Shown here piece after piece: positions 11,707 to 20,000 of a stretch of 20,000 bases of DNA (position 1 is its first letter; each line of letters begins with the position of its first letter). A program made the translations under genes and the position numbers. The notes under the pieces are model-generated. The model was not told the DNA's origin. It saw nothing but the letters and a program-made list of their open reading frames with translations, and did not search any database. Source of the DNA: Priapulus caudatus. Its lineage: Eukaryota. Location: positions 414,161 through 434,160 of the forward strand of contig NW_014577086.1 in the NCBI RefSeq assembly GCF_000485595.1, written 5' to 3'.

Positions 11707-13084
11707 CTGCGCCGGGGGCCGGGATGGGGAGCTCGTAAATATTGACCCACGTTTCGCGTCCCAAAACAGCGTCGGTAACACTGACTTTCCAGCGTCCGTG
11801 TACCACACTGCGGAGACGGCGCACACCGTTCCATATGTTTGCGAGCCGGCTGTGCGGCGCTTCTCGTCGTCGACGCGCACTGACTCACACGATGCACCGG
11901 AAGCAGACGGGATATACTGCGTCGCCGGATCAAGCGTGTGCTCCGCCGTGGCCTGTTATGGCAACTACGCTGCTGCTGCTGACTAACTGCTGCGAGACGG
12001 CGTTGCGACGAAAATCCGATGAAGGTGCGTCATAACGCGATGCGAAGAGCAGCATATGGGGGATGCGACGCACGATTGGCTGAAGCAGCAGACGACACTG
12101 CGCGGGCAGAGTGTCGCGCTGCTGATGGTTGTCTACACCACGAGGAGATACTGCCTTGGTTTCGGCCGCTTCCATTCGATGACGTTGCAAAAAGGGTTTA
12201 GGCGAAAGGGTGCGCAATATCACTCCCTTCCCCCTTCCAACGCGGAAAGGCGCCATCCGTACCCCGGGGAAGATTTTGACCCGCTTACGGCCCATTCCTC
12301 GCGCTACCACGCTCGCCAAGCGTTTCTACATCATGCGAGCAACCTGCATTATTACAATACATCCCTCAAACGCGCGCCCTGTAGGGCCGCGGGTCTCGGC
12401 GCGCCGCGTACGCGGAAATATATAGTCTCCGTCACGATGATATTCATCCACTTCGCTCGCTCGGCTCCCTCTGGCTAGTCCCCACTCCGTGTGAAGCCTT
12501 TCACGCGAGAGAATGACTTACGCGTTTATCTAACACCCTGTAAGCTAGTGCAGATCAAATAAGAACGAGCCGTCGCGTATCTGTTCGGCGACGCGGCATC
12601 CGAGCTGCACGAGATTCTTGAACACGGTCTAGCGCGGAGTTTCAAAAATCATAGCGCATTACAGGTAGCAACAACGAGGTTGACCTCGTGAAAAAAATAA
12701 CAAACGAACAGCAAACAGGTCGATGACGAAGAAAGAAAGATACGACAAAGCGAGAGTTTCTGTTAAGTACGTTAACAGAAACTCGGAACAACGAGAGACT
12801 ATAGAGAAAGAAAATGCGAGGATGGACTAGTAGCGATGAAGCCGCAGACGAGTGACTAAAAAAGGAAAGGGAAAAAGGAACGAGGCAAAGTAGCGCACTC
12901 TAAAAAGCTACAACAAAAACGATGCGAAATGTAGTGAAACACACCGACGGTGTAGACAAAAACATACTCTTACGGCGGAAAACTTTCTAAAAATCCTAAT
13001 AGGATACAAGTAATATACGCTAAGGTAAACAAAACCAATAACTTCCCAAACTACACTGCAATAAAGTACAATATGTGAGTCTTA

Positions 13085-13184
13085 AGCCCCGGCGCACACG
13101 TGAGTTATTTCACTCACGTAAAATGACGGCATGAGTCAAATTACTCAACGAAAATCCGCCGCACACCTGAGTAAAATGACTCAT
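13085..13184 (+). mobile_element. Duplicate of the orphan Harbinger-like terminus
   Basis: tta|agccccggcgcacacgtgag ... gccgcacacctgagtaaaatgactca, as at 2947. Confidence 0.4.
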
Positions 13185-14758
13185 GCATATATTTTTATAT
13201 TTATTTCACCGATGCATATATATATATTTTATGGCATCGACATCCGGCTAGCTATAAAATGGGTGTAAGAATAATAACAGTATGAAAATAAGCAATATGT
13301 CCTTATAATAGCATTCAGAATCGAGAATGTTGACAATTTCATACAATATAGGCCACGATGTTTTTTAATGTTTTTCTTTTCAACTACAATGCATTTACTT
13401 GTCGCGCGGAAACCCTGACCACGACAGCTTTTATGCACACATGTTTTGCCTACATGACAATTCAAATTTAATGTACGTGTGTTTTGCGCAAGTAACAAGT
13501 TTGTTGTATGCATATTTTGTGTACGGTATCAACTGAATCACGAATTTTTGGCGTTATCATGGCAAATTCGATGTGAGCATATTTTGAGCAAAGCTAACAA
13601 ACTTGATATGCGCAATGTTTAGTCTAGAAAGAAATGATGTGTTATTGTTTTGATTAAGTAACAGATTTGACACGTGGATGCGTTGTGTATTATGCGTTGC
13701 TGTTTTGTATGTTCCGCTGAGAGTAATCGCTTCGGCGCTCGCATTTGTGCGTAAGTAGCAACTTAGATGATGTATACGTATGATATAATTCTTGCCTGGA
13801 ATATTCACACTGTATTGTTGAGCTAGTATTCATCGCGTGCATCTGAATCTATAATCTTTTCTGTTGCTCTGTAATTTTACTGCGAAACTCCACCTACAAT
13901 CTGCATGCGTCTAATCCGTTTCCGCAGCTGTCATATTGAAACTGACAAATGTTCCGAGCAAATGTATAATAGAATACTTGGGAAAATCGTCACGGATGAA
14001 TTGGGTCCTGTTGAGAATGTCAATATGTACCATGATGCCTCCTAGCAACGGTTTCGAAATTTATTTGTGTTGACATTAAACACGTAGAACGTTATAAAGG
14101 TTATATTCGGGAACGTTGCCATATATTGAATATATGTTATCTAAGTATATATATGTACTAATATATGTATGTCTGTTATTGCCAAATGTGGATGGCATAA
14201 AATTCGCACATAATGGTAAATTGAATTTTATTCAAAGTACCGATACTGTTCAAAGACGACAGCAAATATATCAGCTATTTACTTCCCCATAGGAAGATAT
14301 ATTTTAACGAGAAGCAGCTAAGAAATTTGGAGCCTATTGTCTAAAAAAAACTTTTTAACCTTAGTCTATAACTTTTATCGTAAACCAGAACCTCTCTACA
14401 CTGCTTTTGAGAAGTTCATTGTCGTTTCTGTCAACAGTCGTGAGAAAAAAGGCAATGAAGACTAATAAAAGACACTAATTTTTAAGACTATTTTGTTACT
14501 AACACGGCCCCTGAAATACATCTAACACTACTAATGTTTGTTACAATTTTCGCTTACCAGCATCCTACGAGATATAAACATATAGACAAAATATAGAGTC
14601 CTTATCCCCCGCTATCAATTCTCCCTCTCGAGTGTGTCTAGCGGGCTTGAGGAAGGAAGAGAAGTACACAGGCAATGTATATAGTTATTCCTTACAGCCG
14701 ATGACGAATACATTTTTGCTCATAACAATTTGGATGATGCGGTAACATACCAGAAATG

Positions 14759-14852
14759 GCGTGTGCGTGCGTGCGTGCGCGTGTATGTACGTGCGTGTGT
14801 TTGCGTGCGTGTGCCTGCATGCGTGCGTGCGCGCGCGTCTGTGTTTGTGTGT

Positions 14853-14897
<45 letters not shown>
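14759..14897 (+). repeat. (GTGC)n/(TG)n microsatellite spanning the right breakpoint of copy 2
   Basis: Directly visible. Confidence 0.95.
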
Positions 14898-14899
<2 letters not shown>

Positions 14900-15104
14900 G
14901 GGGTCATGTTCCGATACTATATGCACTATACTGTCTAATATCATGTATTTAGAGACACTGAGAATATACTGATGTTGTGCTGATAAATCCTTATTTGCGC
15001 CATGCCACCACTGACCATGTAATATCATCTACATCGGTCTGATGGTAGGCCTTAACTGCTCCCCCACCGCCATCCTGCTAACTACGGCCCTGTATATACG
15101 GCTT

Positions 15105-15218
15105 TACGCATGCGCATACATATACATATAGAAATACCATACATATACATATACATATACATATAGAAATACACACACATATAGTACACATACGAATATG
15201 CACACGCATACACATACA
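15105..15218 (+). repeat. Degenerate (CATATA/CATACA)n simple repeat
   Basis: Directly visible. Confidence 0.85.
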
Positions 15219-15715
15219 CAGTCACGCGGATCCAGGATTTGAAGGAGGGGGTAGTGTGATACGTATAGGGCTCCTCCCCCAGAAAATTTTGAAAATTTAG
15301 ATTGCAGGAGATGGTATTTGACGCACGTTTGAGTACATGTACAACCTTCATTCTGACTACGACCATTATCTTTTTAGTAAAACAATTCTTGCGCATGCAG
15401 CGCGGCATTGATTGATGTACAGGAGGAGGGTGATTGTTTAAGTCGCGTTCATTATTGAATATGTAAGGGGTGACCACCGCAGAGATGAGGGCGGCAGCAA
15501 AACTCTTTCTTGGAATTGTGAAAAAGCTGTAAAAGGCTTGTAACCTGCTTTGCCACTCAATTACATAATTTAACCCATGCATCAGGTGCCGTTTTGTACA
15601 GCAGCGCGACTATTATATCCTACTTGGCAATAATTAATTGGTATATGTGAAAAAATATTGTTAGTCCAACAGAGGGTGGCTAAGCCACCCAATCCACCAT
15701 CTAAATCCGCCACTG
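15219..15715. mobile_element. Non-autonomous TIR element (MITE, hAT-like CAGT..GCGGAT termini), about 500 bp
   Basis: Left end cagtcacgcggatccag vs reverse complement of right end cagtggcggatttag (imperfect). Flanked by cataca (15213..15218 and 15716..15721). Subterminal palindrome gggtggct-a-agccaccc (15674..15690). Confidence 0.7.
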
Positions 15716-15756
15716 CATACACCTACACAGAGGTACACATACACTGATACAATGTC

Positions 15757-17912
15757 GTGATACATGATATCGTCTTAGAAAACAAAAGCGATATTAACAT
15801 GAAAATGAGAAAACATTGGAAAGAGGCAAATGAAGATAAAAGAGCGTGTCTGGCTAACAAAAATTTACAAAACAGGAGAGTATACCTCCAAATGGATAAA
15901 GCGGCGGACTTAACAAATAGCGTAACCATAGAAGACGTTATAGGTAGGATAACGGTGGCAAAGCTGGAAAAGGCATGCGGGTGGGATGATATCCCAAATG
16001 AATTCATAAAGCATGGTGGGAGAATAGTAGTGGAAAGGTTAAAAGACCTATTCAACAAGATTTTAGAGAGCGAAGTATTTCCGGAAAGCTGGAAAAGGAG
16101 CAGAGTCACGCTAGTCTTCAAAGGAAAAAACCTGGATAGAAAACTTTAAAAAAAACTACAGACCAATAGCACTAACTAGTAATGTGGGTAAAATATTTGC
16201 AGGAATCCTTAGGACTCGCCTAGAAAACTTGCTGGAAAACTCCGGATTTCTAGGGGAACTCCAAAATGGCTTCAGAATGGACAGACGCGCAAAGTGACAA
16301 CATTTATATTCTGACCCAAAGCATACAGAAGGCAAAATACAGGAAATCAACCCTGTATGTGGCTTTCCTAGACTTAAAAAAAGCATACGACTGGATAGAT
16401 AGAAGGAAACTACTACGTGAACTCAGAAGAGTTGGGTTAGGGGACAAATTTAGCCGGCTAATAGAGGCCATGTACGAGGGAAATGAGTCTAAGGCTAGCC
16501 TAAGCCCATATGAATCAGGTTGGGTTAAATCCACGGGAGGGGTCAAACAAGGATGCTTATTATCACCGTTGCTCTTTGCCATCTATATAAGAGAGCTATC
16601 TCATAGACTAGAAAAGAAAAATGAAGAACTAGGTGTAGGGAGGGAAAGAACCACAGGGATGCTGTATGCTGATGATGTGGTCTTGATAGCCGATAATAAC
16701 AGGGAACTGCAGGAATTACTCGATGTGGCGGCAGGCTTTGCAGAAGACTACAAAATGATATACGGCGAAGACAAGTCTCAAGTCATGATTTTTAATAATA
16801 ATAAGGCGGAATATGAGGATGCAAATTTCAAACTAGGGAGGCTATAAGTCTAGAAACCGTTAACGAATACAGTGCAATTACACATACCTAAGAATTAAAA
16901 TAAACAATAACATAAAAAACTGTGTCGAACTACATAAAGGCGAAGTGCGAGTAAAGGCAAGGAAATACCTAGGGATAATAGCAACGAAGGCATACTATAG
17001 CTGCAGCAGTTACTGGGTAGGGAGAGAACTGTGGAAGACAGTAGCAGTAGGCCCTACCTGCCCTAACCTATGGAAATGACATAATCATATATAAGGATAA
17101 AAAAGGGAACAGGCACTCTCCAAGCTCTTGAAAATACCCAAAACCAGCTTGGCAGGAAACTGTTAGGTGCCCCACCTTACGCGGGTATTGAAACAATAAA
17201 GGGGGGGGGGGAGCTTGGATGGTCTACGTTTGAGGATAGAGAAGCGAAGAGCAAACTTAAATATTTAGGGAGATTAATTTATATGGATGAAGAGAGGAAA
17301 TGCAGGGGAATAGCAGAAGCTATCAGTGCAGGAAATTTTACGTCGGATTGGAATAGACGAGTAAAATTCCTGGGGGGAAAGTATGACAAAGAACAGCTAT
17401 TATTAAATAGAGACTGCATGGGAAAACAGCGAAACAGGGAACAATACGGTGAAGAAAATCATTATAAAAGGCAGCACAGTCAGATGGAGAAAGAGGATGG
17501 TAAACAAAAGCACACTAGAGCTATATAAAGGAAAAACATTTCCTAAACAAGAAACCTTTTACAATAATAATAAAATCGGCAGTAATTAAGCTGCTGTACC
17601 AATTTAGAGCGGGATATGCCTCCCCGTAAATGAAAGAAAAAGGAGATGGTTAGGGGAAGAAAACTGCACTGTCTGCAATAAGGGAGAACTAGAAGACCTA
17701 AAGCATTTCCTGTTAGTTTGCCCGGCATACAAACACCTAAGGAAGATCATGTGGGACAGGCTCCAAGAAGTGGGGGTCACCCCTGTACAGCTGGAGGAAA
17801 GACAGGTGATGCTCACCATCTTGGGGCTAAATGAACATAGATGTTATGGGTAGAGCAGGTTAAACATTAGTTAGAATCAGCCTGGAAGCTCCGGAAAAAA
17901 ATCTCCCGGTAA
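15757..17912 (+). pseudogene. Disrupted ORF2 remnant: reverse transcriptase plus C-terminal zinc knuckle
   Basis: ORF pieces 15757..16149 and 16266..16847 join through frameshifts at about 16150 (A run) and 16290, with more at about 16845, 16870, 17050 and beyond. YADD at 16665..16676. CTVCNKGELEDLKHFLLVC (C-x2-C-x9-H-x4-C) at 17665..17721. Probable stop TAA at 17910..17912. Confidence 0.9.
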
Positions 17913-18000
17913 AGTGAAATTACCGGGGGGAAACTATCAAAAAAATTAAAAAGGGCAATACCGATCTAAAGGTTCCCGTTCATACATACATACATATACA
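15760..18000 (+). mobile_element. 5'-truncated non-LTR retrotransposon (LINE), probably RTE-X-like
   Basis: RT motifs KACGWDDIPNEF, FPESWKRSRVTLVFK, NYRPIAL, QNGFR, YVAFLDLKKAYD, GVKQGCLLSPLLF and LYADD. C-terminal CCHC knuckle, short 3' UTR and (CATA)n tail. No endonuclease domain present. The clade call is from domain layout only. Confidence 0.93.
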
Positions 18001-18010
18001 CATGCACACA
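17981..18010 (+). repeat. (CATA)n 3' tail of the LINE
   Basis: catacatacatacatatacacatg begins about 70 bp after the ORF2 stop. Confidence 0.7.
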
Positions 18011-18545
18011 GGTCTATGTGCTGAGCCCATACTCATAGCTGAGCCGCTTTGTATAGAAAAGGGGGCAGCACGTGACGGTTCCTACAAACAAAAGATCATC
18101 CATCTTGCCAGTTCACGGAGGTTTATACTTTCACAGGTAAAATCAAACAATAGAGCGCATTACAACGTTAATTTTTTAATATTTGATGTTTCTGTGTAGG
18201 CTCTAGGTAGTATTCCAATATTCAAGCAACTAATTACATTAAAATGAGCGTCAAAATATCAGAAATTTAACTCGTAACGTTGGAGTTTCGAATAAAACGG
18301 CCGATACCCCCCATGGTCTTATTTTCCAACTCGCGTTTTCTTATTTTACACGCCTTTGTGACCTATTTCCGTTGACAGACCATCTGTTTCTGGTCACTTC
18401 AGAATTTTATTCGGGATTCAATGTATTAGAAATGCGTCTAAGTGCTTATCGTTTATATAAGCATGCAAATAATTTAGCATACATAATAGAAATGCGTGCA
18501 TTGTTTGGGATGTATCATAAGTACGGCTCATAGGGTCTATGTCCC

Positions 18546-18603
18546 CCAGGGTACTGCCGGAACGTACCCTGGGTACGGTCCGGTATACCGGAACGTACCC
18601 TGG
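18546..18603. repeat. Alternating direct/inverted GC-rich 13-16 bp repeat cluster
   Basis: ccggaacgtaccc (18557..18569), near reverse complement gggtacggtccgg (18571..18583), then tata and ccggaacgtaccctgg (18588..18603). ccagggtac (18546..18554) is the reverse complement of gtaccctgg. Confidence 0.85.
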
Positions 18604-18721
18604 TAACTATCTGATATGGTTAAGGCCCGTCTCCACACACGCGGCGCGGCACGGAACGCCACGGAAACGGCGTCTGCAAAGTTCAAATCTGTTATATCTT
18701 ATGGCGCAGTCTCCACTGACT

Positions 18722-19658
18722 CAGGGGTCGAAATTAGCGGTATTCCGATATCCACGGGATAGTAGATTCTTGTGTTGGATACCAGATTTCAATGCTTGGT
18801 AACCCGCCGGGATAGTAAAAAAAAAATCGTCAAAATCGGGATAGTGGTTGTTGGGCATATAAGCGTGGCTGATGTTGATCATAAATGTGTATACATTGTA
18901 TCAAGCAAACCAGACAATGCGTCTAGACAATACGTCTGCAGTGTCTGTGCATACTTGTCTGCATATCCTTGAATCTGTTTTCATGTTTTTATTAAAATCA
19001 GACATTCATTATTCCATTATTACATTCATATAATTACATTACATATTAATAATTTTCAAATGCTATTATTGCATATTTCAAGATTGTGGATACCAACATT
19101 GTTGAAATTACAATCCAAAAAATAGGATACCAGATCTTTGGGGGGATACCAGTCTGCGAAATTAACTACTGGCCCGGTATCTGAGGCCAGTAAATTTTCC
19201 GTGGGGCCAATGAAACTGGTAAATGAACAAGCCCGGTGGGCCAGTGGAAAAAATGGAGTAAATATTCTATTAATGATATTTCATGTTCTTTATGTGATGA
19301 TCAGTGTGAGAATTTACCGAAATTCCCGATATTTTGTATGAAAATTTACCGATATTTATCGATAGGGCATCATATTCCCGATCTTAAGTAGGGGAAGTAA
19401 CTAGTCAACACCATGCGTGTTTATCGCCGCTAGAGGTCGCAACAACCTCTGGTTTCCGGTCCGGTTTGGTTTCTCTTTTCATAATATGATGATCATTGAT
19501 TCGGGCCTGTAAAACCTAGTGTGGGCCAGTGAATTATACATTTCTACAGGCCCGCTGGGCCAATGAGGGTGGAAGATTTTCGTGCAGACTGGGATACCAG
19601 ATTTCAATACCTGATATCCCGAATGGATACCATAATAAAAATTTAATTTTGACCCCTG
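18722..19658. mobile_element. 937-bp MITE with CAGGGGTC termini (hAT-like), nested in the Harbinger-like end
   Basis: TIRs caggggtcgaaatta (18722..18736) and taattttgacccctg (19644..19658), 14/15 match. Flanks ctgact/ctgaca. Multiple ggatacca(g) and ggccagt/ggccaatg internal repeats. No credible ORF. Confidence 0.85.
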
Positions 19659-19727
19659 CTGACACGGCACGGCGCCAGCCGGGTTTCACGGCGACGGCGA
19701 AAGTCAAATGAGTTTGACTTTTGCCGG

Positions 19728-19831
19728 CTGACGTGACGGCGAAAAGACAATTGAACCAATCAACGCGATTGTTTTGTATCACGTGTTCTGCTCACGCCAC
19801 CCTAGTCACGTCAGTGCATAGCAGCAAAATC
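19728..19831 (+). promoter_or_regulatory. Promoter-like motif cluster upstream of the MADF ORF
   Basis: tgacgt (CRE-like) at 19729, ccaat at 19756, cacgtg E-box at 19780, acgtca at 19808 and an A-rich start context caaaatcATGG. Confidence 0.4.
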
Positions 19832-20000
19832 ATGGAGGAGGTAAACATTGATGAGCAACTAATTTTACTCGTTCAAAATCACCCAGAATTGTACGATGTC
19901 GGCAGCAAGAACTACAAAGATGTGCAAAGACGCGAGAATGTTTGGATCGAGAGAGGAGGAGGAGGGGGAGAAGGGAGAAGCTGGTGGAGAAGGAGGAAGG
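19832..20000 (+). CDS. MADF (Myb/SANT-like, Adf-1 type) DNA-binding protein, N-terminal fragment; likely the Harbinger accessory ORF
   Basis: Manual translation MEEVNIDEQLILLVQNHPELYDVGSKNYKDVQRRENVWIE matches the MADF pattern LI.LV..HP.LYD.....YKD...R...W.E. The frame is open to the window end, but becomes GA-rich and low-complexity after about 19951. Confidence 0.8.
   Translation, partial: MEEVNIDEQLILLVQNHPELYDVGSKNYKDVQRRENVWIERGGGGGEGRSWWRRRK

Larger units (their letters stand above)
10074..14800 (+). repeat. Copy 2 of the >=4.65 kb direct duplication
   Basis: Colinear with 1..4651, including the CA tract, the CpG-rich segment, the A-rich segment and the Harbinger-like end. Its true left boundary cannot be set because copy 1 runs off the window. 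Confidence 0.95.
18624..20000 (+). mobile_element. Left part of a PIF/Harbinger-like DNA transposon (interrupted by a MITE, continues beyond the window)
   Basis: TAA|GGCCCGTCTCCACAC terminus (TWA target typical of Harbinger). Terminal motif repeated 80 bp inside (gtctccactgac, 18709..18720). Subterminal hairpin 19695..19726. Followed by a MADF ORF, a known type of Harbinger DNA-binding partner gene. Right TIR and transposase not seen. Confidence 0.7.

Noticed and set aside
15723..16582. Minus-strand ORFs opposite the RT
   Set aside because: Antisense shadows of the LINE ORF2.
15757..17912. RT as a retron, group II intron, DGR or other prokaryotic RT system
   Set aside because: The motifs (NYRPIAL, GVKQGCLLSPLLF, YADD, CCHC tail), the tandem-repeat 3' end and the eukaryotic context identify a non-LTR retrotransposon.
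18775..19635. ggataccag repeats as a CRISPR-like array
   Set aside because: Repeats are short, irregularly spaced and inside a TIR element, and no cas genes are present.

Overview
Repeat-rich eukaryotic DNA, most likely from an invertebrate animal, with no intact cellular protein-coding gene that I can recognise. (i) A block of at least 4.65 kb is present twice in direct orientation (1..4651 and 10074..14800). The copies differ mostly by scattered 1-2 bp indels, so this may be a noisy long-read or haplotype assembly artefact rather than a real duplication. (ii) Long degenerate (CA)n, (TG)n and (CCAT)n tracts generate almost all of the long His-Thr, Cys-Val and Ile-His-Pro-Ser ORFs in the track; these are spurious. 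(iii) A 5'-truncated, frameshifted non-LTR retrotransposon (reverse transcriptase with YADD, C-terminal CCHC knuckle, RTE-X-like, (CATA)n tail) lies at about 15760..18000. (iv) There are several non-autonomous DNA transposons: a TTAA-flanked Kolobok-type MITE (6386..6986), a CAGT..GCGGAT MITE (15219..15715) and an orphan Harbinger-like end inside the duplicated block. (v) The right end holds a nested stack: a PIF/Harbinger-like left end (18624), split by a 937-bp CAGGGG-TIR MITE with an unusual 5-6 bp target duplication, running into a MADF-domain ORF (19832) that the ORF track does not list. Weak promoter and splice-site signals hint at non-coding 5' exons of a minus-strand gene. I found no convincing novel biological system. 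The best leads are the nested Harbinger/MITE/MADF stack, the short-TSD MITEs and the microsatellite association of the LINE.
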